From the NCBI GenBank assembly GCA_965112735.1, contig OZ218950.1, forward strand, positions 1,364,001 to 1,428,000: 64,000 nucleotides of DNA, in the 5' to 3' direction. The translations under genes and the position numbers were made by a program. The notes beneath the pieces were generated by a model, which was not told the DNA's origin, did no database searches, and saw only the letters and a program-made list of their open reading frames with translations. Of the stretch, positions 40,401 through 52,400 are shown one piece after another. Origin of the DNA: Phaeosaccion multiseriatum (Eukaryota; Protista; Ochrophyta, other classes). Each line of letters starts with the position of its first letter. The first letter of the stretch is position 1.

Positions 40401-43400
40401 TGACGTTGCCTGTGACCATGGAGCCTGTGGGTCAAGGCGGGTGGACAGGAGCGCTCGTTGCTGCCGTGAGCTCTTTCGGTGCCGGCGGAACCAATGCTCA
40501 CGCCGTGCTATCCGGTCCCAGAGCTGGAAGTACGGCCGCGCATGCCGACAGAGAGGGCGTCAGTCTCAACGATGCTCTTCAGAAGGACAGCGAGTCAGAG
40601 CGTGGCGCATTGTACCCCACACGCCAAGCATTTCGTTGGTTCAGGCCTCCACTTGCATTCATGCCCAGTGGCGAGGTGGTCCAAGAGGGAGACGGAATGC
40701 GGCTCTCTTGCCCCTTCTCGCCTCACATCAAGGACCTTCTCAAGGACCACGCAGTCAACAATGTGGTGATCATTCCAGGGGTGACGTACATTGAAGTGGG
40801 TGTTGTCACTGCTCTAGGAGGAAGACAGGTCGGGGCGGAGCAGCAAGTCGTCCTGCAAGGAGCCAACTTTGTGGCTCCATTGGAGATTGAGGGTTTCCAG
40901 CACACGGGCACGGACCAGGCGCAGAGCCGCAATACTATTGTCTGTGACGGCTTGAGTGCTCTATACGCGAGCGATGGAAGCATGCAGTTTTTCGGAGGCA
41001 TTGAGGGTGACAAGGGAGCGACCGCGAGGATGGACCACGTGTCTGTCATGGAGCGAACCGAGACGCGTGACATGCTGGATATAGAGGGAATCAAGGGGCG
41101 GGTAGGGACTGTGGACTTGGTCCATGGCCTGTACAAGGCAATGGCGGATGCCAACTTCAACTATGGCCCTCGCTTTGAGCGGAATTTACAGATGTTCGCC
41201 AATGCCGGAGAGGTGCTATCGGTCGTGCGTGCTCTCGACTCGGACCTGTGCGAGCCTTGGGAGGTAACGGGCTTTGCTATGCACCCTGCGGTGCTCGACA
41301 ATGCGACTCACTCACTTTTGCACGCAATCCCACGCCAGTTGCTGAGAGCGAGGGATGGAGCTCCATTCCTGCCTGTTGGCTTTGACGAGGTGATCGTTTC
41401 TGCCCCCATAACGGGAGAGACAGTTTGGGTGCACGCGACGCTCGGTGAAGTGGAGCCCGGGGGCAACAGCATCAAGTTTGATATCAAGATTGCCGACTTT
41501 GATAGCAAGCAGATTCTTATGGAGATGCGTGGGTTCCGGGCTCAGCGGGCGAGAGGCTTTGCGCGCCCCAATCCGCTTCGTCGGGCGATGTACACGCTGG
41601 AATGGCAGACCACTGAGTCGTCTACACAAGACGAGGGCCCTGGAAGTGATACTGACCCTGCTGAGGCTGCGGCGCGTCAAAAGTGGCTCGTGGTTATTCC
41701 ACAGGACGAGAGGGGGGGAGAGACTGCAATTATTGCTGCAGTGCGGCGCTGTGCTCCGGAGAACGTGGACGTACACACTCGATATGGGCGGATGGACGCC
41801 TCCGGGGATGATGGCAATCTTCTTCTCGGAGAGGACGAGTGGGATCGCGTCTTGTACGTGCTGATACCCGGAGCTGGCGAAGAAGACGCAGAAGGAAGCC
41901 GCCAAGCACGAGCGGCCTACGCCCTCATGGCTCTGCTCAGGAGCCTGTGCACTGCATCAAGGGTACCGCTGACGGTTTTGACGAGAGGCGTCCAAAGTGG
42001 CGAGGACTGGCGTCACAGCTGGGTGACTGGGCTGGTGCGGACTGCGAGGGTGGAGCACCCCTCCCTGCAGATTAGCGTGGTGGACCTGAGCGACAAGAAG
42101 GTCCAAGACAGCGAGCTTGCCTTAGGCTTGGCCTTCCCTACTGCCACAGAAGATGTGTGGGTACACGATGAGCAGTGCTGGGCTCCTCAGCTTGCACGTC
42201 AGCCCCTGCAGCTTCCCTTCGCGCTTGACTTGAAGGCAAGAGGCAGCATTGCCAACGCTTTCGCCCTTCGTGATGATGTGAGCAATGGCAAACATCAGCC
42301 CCTTGATGACCGCTCCGTGGAGGTGGCCGTAAGGGCTGTTGGCCTTAACTTCCGGGACGTGCTGAATGTGCTGGACATGTACCCTGGCGATCCTGGAGAT
42401 CCTTGCTCCGAGTTCGCCGGAGAGGTGCTCAGTGTGGGAGGAAGCTCGCGCTTCCGTGTCGGCGACGCAGTGTTTGGCTTTGCGGATGCGGGATGCTTGC
42501 GCACTCATTCGACGACGAGTGACGCATGCCTGGCCTTGATGCCGGCGGTGCTGAGCTTCGAGCAGGCCGCTGCTCTTCCCACCGTGTGCTTGACGGTAGC
42601 GAAAGCCTTCCACGACCTCAAGGCTGGAGAGAAGGTGTTGATTCATGCCGCATCGGGCGGTGTGGGCCTTGCCGCCGTGCAGTATGCTCAGCGGGTCGGC
42701 GCAGAGGTGTACGCCACTGCCGGTGCTGCTGTGAAGCATGACTTCCTCCGGAGCTTGGGAGTGGAGCACATTGCGTCATCGAGAGACGCAGAGGCGTTCA
42801 AGCAGTCCATGGGTGAGATGAAGGTGGATGTGGTGCTCAACTCTCTGAGTGAAGACTACATTCCCTTCTCGCTTGCCATGCTAAGCGAGGGTGGTAGATT
42901 CGTCGAGATTGGCAAGCGAGGTGTATGGAGTCATGAGCAGATGCGCACCACCCGGTCCGATGTGAGGTACAACCTCGTCGCTGTGGACGCCATTATCGAG
43001 GTCGACTTTTCGGCGGGTGAGCCGGGCTGGATAAGCGACGAGCTGCAGCATCTGGCTGAAGACTGCATGTCTGGCAATGTGAAGCCCTTTCCGACCATAC
43101 CCTTTGACATGAGGGAGGATACTCAGAAGGCCATGGCACTCATGAGCCAAGCGAAGCACATCGGCAAGGTGGTGCTGACCAACCCCTCGTACGGTGTGCC
43201 AGTGGTGTCCGATGGCACGTACGTCATCAGTGGCGGTCTGGGGGCTCTCGGCCTCGTGACGGCCCAGCACCTCGCGTCGAGGGGCGCTCGTCACTTGGTG
43301 CTGCTGTCGAGGAGTGGGAAGGTCGCTGAGAGCATGACAGAACAGTGGCAGCAGCTTCGGAACACGGTGGAGCTGATCCATACTCCTTCTTGTGATGTTG

Positions 43401-46400
43401 CTGACGCTGAGGCACTTCGGACTTGCCTGGGGGGCGTGCTGCCCCTGCTGCCCCCAGTGCGCGGCGTGGTGCATGCTGCCGGGGTGCTGGATGATAAGCT
43501 GCTGGGAGAGCAAACGCCGGAGAGCGTGACGAACGTGTTCCGACCGAAGGTGCAGGGGGCGATAAACTTGCACGAGCTTTCGTTGGCTTGGGCGAAGGAG
43601 GAGGAGCGCGCTCCTGGCCTTGACTTCTTCTTTTGCTTCACATCCATGGCCGGAGTACTGGGTAACGCTGGACAGGCCAACTACGCTGCGGCGAACACGG
43701 CTGTGGACGGGCTGATGCGGCACAGGCGACACCTCGGGCTCGCAGGGACGTCATTGCAGTGGGGGCCGTGGGCTGACGTTGGTATGGCCGCCCAGCTCGA
43801 TATCGTTCAAAAGCAGTTGGAGCTGGCGGGTGTGGGTACGGTGTCAGCTGAGCTGGGCATGGCTGCCTTCGATGCGGCTGCGATGCCGTCAGCGTATTTG
43901 GGCGATGTTGCCGTTCTGCCTGGGATGGACTGGGCCAAGTTTGCAGAGAGCATGGGTGCGTCCCGCGGCTCGTTCCTTCTGTCAGGGCTTGTCGCAACAG
44001 CAGCGGGCGCGTCGAGCAACACCGAACTCAACAATGAAGTGCGCGAGGCGCTCTTGAGACTGCCCCCTGGCGAGCGACAGCAATCAGTGCGAATGGCGGT
44101 GCATGATATCGCCAAGGACCTCCTTGGGGAGGGTGCCGAAGAGCTGGACGCGAACAGTCCTTTGATGGAAGCAGGTCTTGACTCTTTGTCAACAGTGGAG
44201 CTGCGCGGCCGTCTACAGGCTCGCTTCGGGGCTGTAGTGACCAGTGACGTGCTCTTCGCGTATCCCACGGTAGCGGCGCTGGCAGTATGGATCGAAGCGG
44301 AGGTGCTTGGCGAGGTAGAGGAACCCGATGGCAGTCGCTCTGCGGCGATCGCTGCTGAATCGCACCGCACTGACTCAAGGGCGCCGCTGGCCGTCGTCGG
44401 GATCGCCTGTCGCTTCCCTGGAGGGGTTAAGAACCCCGAGGACTTCTGGGCTATGCTCTGTGCAGGGACAGACTGTATTGGAGCCAGCCCTGTTGGTCGC
44501 TGGGCCGATGAGGGTCAGAAGCAGTGGCAAGGGGGCTTCATTGATGGAGTGGAGGCTTTTGACAACACCTTCTTCGGCATTTCTGCGGCCGAGGCAGGTG
44601 CCATGGACCCTCATCAGCGCGTCATGCTGGAGGTGGGGTACGAGGCGCTGCACAGGGCGGGATACCGCAAGGACACACTACATGGCAGCAACACCGGTGT
44701 GTTCGTGGGTATGTCCGGCAGCGAGTGGGGCTCAGTGGTAGACGATGCGAACAAGGGTGCGTACTCCGTCATGGGCATGTCCAATGCGAGTCCGGCAAAT
44801 CGGATGTCTTACGTGCTGGGCCTCGGAGGGCCGAGCATGAGTGTCGACACGGCGTGCTCGTCGTCTTTGGTGGCACTGGAGGGGGCCTGCAGCAGCTTGC
44901 GGCTTGGGAAGTGTGACGTCGCCTTGGTGGGAGGCGTCAACTTGCTGCTGGGTATACAGACGTTCGAGACCCTCGCTGAAGGGGGTTTCCTGAGTCTTGA
45001 CTGGTAAGTGTGTGTTTCTTTTGTGTGGATGGTAGCTTGTTCTTGGGGCCGCGATGAGACCCAGATCAAAAGGCCCAAGCTGTCTGAAAGGCCCCTGTTG
45101 CTGATGTGATTACCTCTTCTCTGTTCTTCACTTTTGCAAACCCTCAATTCCTCATGGTCAGGCGCTGCAAGACGTTCGACGCTGCGGCCAACGGTTACGT
45201 CCGAGGTGAGGGCTGCGGCGCCGTGGTACTGAAGCGACTGGATGATGCACAGGCCACTGGCGACCACATCCTCGCAGTCGTCAATGGCTGCGCTGCGAAC
45301 CACAACGGGAGAAGTTTGCGCTACACTGCCCCGAGCCCTTCTGCTCAGCAGCGTCTGATGGAGCAGGCACTGGCGGAGGCCGGCTTGAGCGGTCTGGAGG
45401 TTGATTACGTGGAGGCACACGGCACCGGGACTTCTCTCGGCGACCCCATCGAGATGAGTGCTTTGAGGGCCGTGTATGGCCATGGCCGCGAGGAAGCTCG
45501 GCCCCTTTTGGTTGGGGCGGTGAAGACCAATATCGGGCATCTAGAGGGTGCGTCCGGAATCGCTGGCCTCATCAAAGCTCTGCTGGTCCTTCAGCATGGA
45601 TCTGCTCCGCCAAATCTCCACATGAGGAAGCTCAATCCGGAGCTTCGTTTGGATGGCTTTCCGGTGACTTTGCCGTCTACGATGGTGCCACTAAGTGCCA
45701 GGGACGGGGAGAGGCGCACGGCTGCTGTCAGCTCCTTCGGCGCGGGAGGAGCCAACGTCCACGCGGTGCTCAGCAGTTTCAGACCGACGATGGTAGAGGA
45801 GAGCGAGAGCGAAGCCTTGCTGCAGCTGGATGGACAGCAAGGCAAGAAGAGTTCACCGGTGACGTTTTTGTTCACAGGACAGGGCTCGCAGTACGTGGGC
45901 ATGGGCAGGGAGCTGTACGAGAAGGAGGGCGTGTTCCGAGAGTGCGTGCAGCGGTGCAGCAGGCTGCTCATGGAGCGGGCCTGGCTGGATAAGTCTGTGG
46001 TGGAGCTCATGTACCCTACTGCTGAGGGAGAGGAAAGTGCACAAGCGATGCTGAAGGAGACACGCTACTGCCAGCCGTGCCTGTTTGTGCTGGAGTACGC
46101 CCTGTGTGAGCTGTGGAAGTCGGAGGGCGTGGAGCCTTCCATGGTGATGGGCCACAGCCTGGGCGAGGCAGTGGCGGCGTGCGTGGCCGGCGTCATGTCG
46201 CTGGAGGACGGGCTGATGCTGTCCGCCAAGAGAGGAGCCGCCATGCAGGCCTGCCCCGAGGGCGAGGGGGTGATGTTCGCAGTGAGGGCAGGCCGCGTGG
46301 CTACGTTGGCAGGCATCGTGGCTGCTAGGCTGGCAGGCGAAGTGGTGCTGGCGTCGTCGAATGGACCGAGCGCGAGCGTGATCTCTGGAGCGCGCAGTGC

Positions 46401-49400
46401 TGTGGACAAGGTGGTGGAGAAGCTCACGGCAGATGGGGTGGGCTGCAAGGCCCTGGAGGTGTCGCACGCCTTCCACTCTCCTCTGATGGAGCCCGCTGTA
46501 CGTGCGCTGGAGGAGGTTCTGAGGCAGGTGTCATTCAGCGCCCCACGCATTCCCCTGGTGTCCAACGTGACGGGTGAGGTGGTGAAGGCTGAGGAGGTGA
46601 CGCAGGCGACGTACTGGGTGCAGCACATGCTGTCGCCAGTGCTGTTCGCAGAAGGCATCCACACGGTGGTGGAGCACTGGATGGAAGACGGGAGGGGGGC
46701 TGACCTGAGCATCGTTGAGTTGGGCCCCAACCCTGTGCTGAGCCGTATGGGGGCCAAGTGCGAGCGTCGCGAGGGGCTGGCGTGGATCTCCTCCCTCACG
46801 CGAGGGCAGAACTCTGAGGATTCGTTTGGAGCAGCCCTGGGCAGAGTAGCGGGGCCGGAGCATCTTGAGCTTTATCCGACTCGCCGATCATTTCCTTGGT
46901 ACAAGCCTCCGCTGGCGTTTATGCCGAATGGTGAGATGGTCCAGGAGGGAGATGGAATGAGGCTCCCCAGCCCCTTCTCCCCTTACCTTAAGGACCTTCT
47001 CAAGGACCATGCCGTCAACAATGTGGTGATCATTCCGGGGGTGACATACATTGAAGTGGGCGTCGTGGCTGCTCTAGGAGGAAGACAGCTCGGAGTGGAG
47101 CAGCAGGTAGTCCTGCAAGGAGCCAGCCTTGTGGTCCCACTGGAGATTGAGGGTTTCCAACAGGCGGGCATGGACCAGGCTCACAGCCGCCATACAATGG
47201 TCTGTGCCGGGATGAGTGCCCTTCACGCGGCAGATGGAAGCATGCAGTTCTTCGGAGGTGCCACGGGCGACAAGGGCACCACGGCAAGAATGAAGCACGT
47301 GTCTGTCACAGAGCGAAGCTCGGGGCGTGTTTCGTTGCACGTGGAATCCATTCGAGCCAGAGTTGGCGAGCAGGACAGATCGAGTGAGCTCTACAAGTCT
47401 TTCGCAGACGCCGGCTTCCAGTACGGCCCCCGCTTTCAGCGGACCCGCCATATGTACGGAGGGGACGGAGAGGTTCTGTCGGTCGTGTGTGCCATGGATG
47501 AGGAGCTGTGCGAGCCGTGGGAGATGAAGGGCTTTGCTCTGCACCCCGCGGTGCTGGACAATGCTACTCATACCATCATGCAAGCGCTGCCAAGGAAGCT
47601 GCTCAAGAAGGGGGGGGACTCTCCATTCCTACCTGCAGGCTTCGACGAAGTGGTTGTTTCCGCCTCCATGACGGGAAAGAACGTGTGGGTGCACACGAAG
47701 CTGAGTGAGGGCCAGTCAGTGGCGGACAGCGTCAAGTTTGACATCCGCATTGCAGACTTCGACAGCAAAGAGGTGCTCGTGGAGATGCGGGGCTTCCGCG
47801 TGCAGCGGGCGAGGAACTTTGTGCGTGTCAGCCCCGTTCGTCGTGCAATGTACGCATTGGAGTGGCAGGCCACTGAGCCGTCTACACAGGAGGAGCCCCC
47901 TGGTAGTGATACTGAGCCTGCTGAGGCGGCGGTGCCACAGAAGTGGCTGGTGGTTATTCCACAGGACGAGAGGGAGCGAGAGATGTCAATCATTGCTGCA
48001 GTGCGGCGCTGTGTTCCGGAGAACGTGCATGTACACACTCGATATGGGGGGGTGGACGCCTCCTGGGATGATGGTGCTCTTCTTCTTGGACAGGACGATT
48101 GGACTCGAGTCTTGTACGTGCCGATCTCTGGGGATGGCAAAGAGAACGTAGAAGGGGGTCACCAAGCACGAGCGGCCTACGCTCTGCTATCGCTACTCAG
48201 GAGCATGTTGTCCGCTACGTCGAATGTGCCGCTGACGGTCTTGACGAGGGGCGTCCAAAGCGGCGAGGACTGGCGTGACAGCTGGGTGACAGGTCTGGTG
48301 CGGACTGCGAGGATGGAGCACCCCTCCATGCAGATTGGTGTGGTGGACCTGAGCGACAAGAAGGTCCAAGACAGCGAGGTTGCCTTAGGCTTGGCCTTCC
48401 CTACTGCCACAGAAGATGTGTGGGTACACGATAGGCAGTGCTGGGCTCCTCAGCTTGTACACCAGCCCCTGCAGCTTCCCTTCTCGCTTGACTTGAAGGC
48501 AAGAGGCAGCATTGCCAACGCTTTCGCCCTTCGTGATGATGTGAACCATGGCAAACATCAGCCCCTTGACCCAGCTGGTAGCTCCGTACAGGTGGCAGTG
48601 AGGGCAGTTGGTCTTAACTTCCGGGACGTGCTGAATGTGCTGGACATGTACCCTGGCGATCCTGGAGATCCTTGCTCCGAGTTCGCCGGGGAGGTGATCA
48701 GTGTGGGAGGAATCTCGCGCTTCCGTGTCGGCGACGCAGTATTTGGCTTTGGGGATGCGGGATGTTTGCGCAGTCATATGACGACGAGTGATGTGTGTCT
48801 GGCCGTGATGCCGGCCGTGCTGAGCTTCGAGCAGGCCGCTGCACTTCCCACCGTGTTCCTCACCGTGATGAAGGGCCTTGAGGGCCTCAAGGCTGGAGAG
48901 AAGGTACTGATTCATGCCGCATCGGGCGGTGTGGGCCTTGCCGCCGTGCAGTATGCTCAGCGGGTGGGCGCAGAGGTGTACGCTACTGCCGGTGCTGCTG
49001 TGAAGCATGACTTCCTCCGGAGCTTGGGAGTGCAGCACATTGCGTCATCGAGAGACGCGGAGGCGTTCAAGCAGTCCATGGGTGAGTTGAGGGTGGACGT
49101 GGTGCTCAACTCTCTGAGTGATGACTACATTCCCTTCTCATTGGACATGCTGACAGAGGGAGGCAGATTCGTGGAGATTGGGAAGAGAGGTGTATGGAGT
49201 CATGAGCAGATGCGCACCACCCGGCCCGGTATACGGTACGAGCTGCTGGCATTGGATAGCATGATTGAGTCTGACTTTTCGGCGGGTGAGCCAGGCTGGA
49301 TCGGTGGCGGGCTGCAGCGTCTTGCTGAAGACTGCATGTCTGGCAATGTGAAGCCCTTACCGACCATACCCTTTGACATGAGGGAGGATACTGAGAAGGC

Positions 49401-52400
49401 CATGGCACTCATGCGCCAAGCGAAGCACATCGGCAAGGTGGTGCTGACCAACCCCTCGTACGGTGTGCCAGTTGCGTCCGATGGCACGTACGTCATCAGC
49501 GGCGGTCTGGGGGCTCTCGGGCTCGTAACGGCCCAGCACCTCGCGTCGAGGGGCGCTCGTCACTTGGTGCTGCTGTCGAGGAGTGGGAAGGTCGCTGAGA
49601 GCATGACTGAGCAGTGGCAGCGACTTCGAAAGACATCGCGTTTGACCATCCATACTCCGACCTGTGATGTTGCTGATGCTGAGGCACTTCGGACTTGCCT
49701 GGGGGGCGTGCTGCCTCTGCTGCCCCCTGTGCGCGGCGTGGTGCATGCTGCTGGGGTGCTGGATGATAAGCTGCTGGGAGAGCAAACGGTGGAGAGCGTG
49801 ACGAACGTGTTCCGACCAAAGGTGCAGGGGGCGATAAACTTGCACGAGCTTTCGTTGGCTTGGGCGAAGGAGGAGGGGCGCGCTCCTGGCCTTGACTTCT
49901 TCTTTTGCTTCACATCCATGGCGGGAGTATTGGGTAACGCTGGACAGGCCAACTACGCTGCGGCGAATGCGGCTGTGGACGGGCTGATGCGGCACAGGCG
50001 ACGCCTCGGGCTGGCAGGGACGTCATTGCAGTGGGGCCCGTGGGCTGATGTGGGTATGGCCGCCCAGCTCGATATTGTTCAAAAGCAGTTGGAGCTGGCG
50101 GGTGTGGGCACGGTGTCAGCTGAGCTGGGTATGTCGGCCTTCGATGCGGCTGCGACGCCGTCAGCGTCTTTAGCGGCCGTGGCCGTTCTGCCTGGCATGG
50201 ACTGGGCCAAGTTTGCAGACAGCGGGGGGGCGTCCCGCGGCTCATTCCTTCTGTCAGGGCTTGTCTCAACAGCAGCAGGCGCGTCGAGCAACACCGCACT
50301 AAGCAAAGAAGTGCGCGAGGAGCTGTTGGGGCTGTCCGCCGAAGACCGGAAACGTATGGTGAGCCTTGCGGTGATGGACATAGCCAAGGAGCTGATTGGG
50401 GAGGATGCCGATGAGCTGACCGACACCACCCTGCTGATGGAGGCAGGCCTTGATTCTTTGGCAACGGTGGAGATGCGTACTCGGTTGCAGTCTCGCTTTG
50501 GAGTGAATGTGACCAGCGATGTACTCTTCTCGTATCCAACGGTGGCAGCATTGGCGGTATGGGTCGACGATGAAGTACTGTCTCACGGTGTGGCTGGGCA
50601 TGGTGGCAGCGAAGAAGGGGCACCGCAGCAGCGAGTCTATGCGGAGCTCGAAGAGGAGCAGTCTCTCCACCAAGCGCGAGGAGAGCTCACGGCAGAGAGT
50701 CAGCGCCGCCGTCGTGGGCTGGCGGTGGTGGGCATGGCTTGTCGCTTCCCGGGGGGCGCAGATGACCCTGCCTCTTTCTGGGGGAACATTGTCGATGGAG
50801 TGGACTGTGCCACTCGGCTCCCCTTCGAGGGGTGGGGCAAGGAGACTTTAGGGCTGCACGGGGGCTTTTTGGATGATGAATTGGAGAGCTTCGATAATGA
50901 ACTCTTTGGCATTTCGTGCGGCGAGGCCAGCACCATGGACCCGAATCAGCGGTTGATGCTCCAAGTAGCGTACGAAGCACTTGCAGAGGCGGGCTTTGCT
51001 GACTTTGCGCGAGGAGACGCCGGAAGGGAGGAGTATGACGGCAAAAGGCAGGACAAGTATGCCATGAAGGGTTCAGACACGGGCGTCTTCATCGGTCTAT
51101 CCGGCACTGACTGGGCGACCGTGCAGAAGGACAGTGCACAGAAGGCTGATGCGTACACCCTCGGGGGAACGAGTGCCTCTCTGGTGGCCGGACGCATCAG
51201 CAATCGGCTTGGACTCGTGGGGCCAAGCTTAACGCTGGACACTGCGTGCTCGAGCTCGCTTGTTGCGCTGGAGGCCGCGTGCGACAAGCTCAGACTGGGC
51301 AAGTGCAAGACAGCCGTGGTGGGGGGCGTGAACTTACTTCTTCATCCCCAAGGCTTTGTTGCCCTCCGGAAGGCCGGTCTGCTTTCTAAGAAAGGGTAAG
51401 AGCAGGGGACGGCTGCATCTTATGTTTTGCAAAAGAGTGCTTCATTGCTTGGGTCGCTCCTCTAACTCATTGTCATCTCTTGCTTCCTCTTGTCTTGCTC
51501 TATCCATCTCAGTCGCACGGCCTCCTTTGCCGCCGGAGCCGATGGCTATGTCCGAGCGGAAGGCTGCGGAGCTGTGGTACTGAAACGCCTCTCGGACGCG
51601 GAAGCGGACCATGACAACATCCTGGCAGTCATTGAAGGATGCGCAGTCAATCACAACGGGCAAAGCGCTCAGATGACTGCCCCCAATGGCGTGGCGAAGC
51701 GAGAGGTCATGCGGAGGGCGTTGAGAGACGCAAGTCGCCGCGCCTGTGAAGTGGGATACGTGGAGGCGCACGGAACAGGCACGGTGCTGGGCGACTGCAT
51801 TGAGATGGGCGCTCTGCATGGGGTCTACCAGGAGGAGGAGCAATGGGGCGCTGAGGAGAAGGGGGGCGACGAAGGGGGGGTGTATCCGCTTCGCGTGGGT
51901 GCGGTGAAGACCAGCCTGGGACATATGGAGGGTGCATCGGGACTGGGGCAGCTCATTAAGGCTATTTTGGTCCTTCAGCACCAGCAGACACCTCCCAATC
52001 TGCATGGAGAGCACTTGTCCCCAGAGCTCGGCTACATTGAGGAGTCGCGCATTGCCCTCTGCTCGCAGCTCATTCCTTTCAAGACTCCTGTGGACTGGAA
52101 GGGCAGCAGCAGCAGCAGCAGCAGCAGTAGCGAGGAGGGAGGGGAAGCGCGAGCTGGTGCAGGCACGCTCATCGCAGCGGTGCACTCCTATGGCGTGGGC
52201 GGAACCAATGCTCACGTAATCTTGAGTAATTGGGGCGCAGCGGCGTTGCCGAGGGGGATAGGGCGTGAAGGCAGAGCTGAAGAGAAGAAGGAGACTACAG
52301 GGCCTCCATTGGTATTGAAGTTCTCCACTCGCTACCAGCCAAAGAACCCCACGCAAAGCGTCCAAAGGGTGATCGGGATCGAAGAAGACGTGCACGAGAA

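Noticed and set aside
18541-50980. Numerous 100-300 aa antisense and alternate-frame ORFs inside the PKS
   Set aside because: These are shadow ORFs of GC-rich coding sequence; they recur only because the modules are duplicated.
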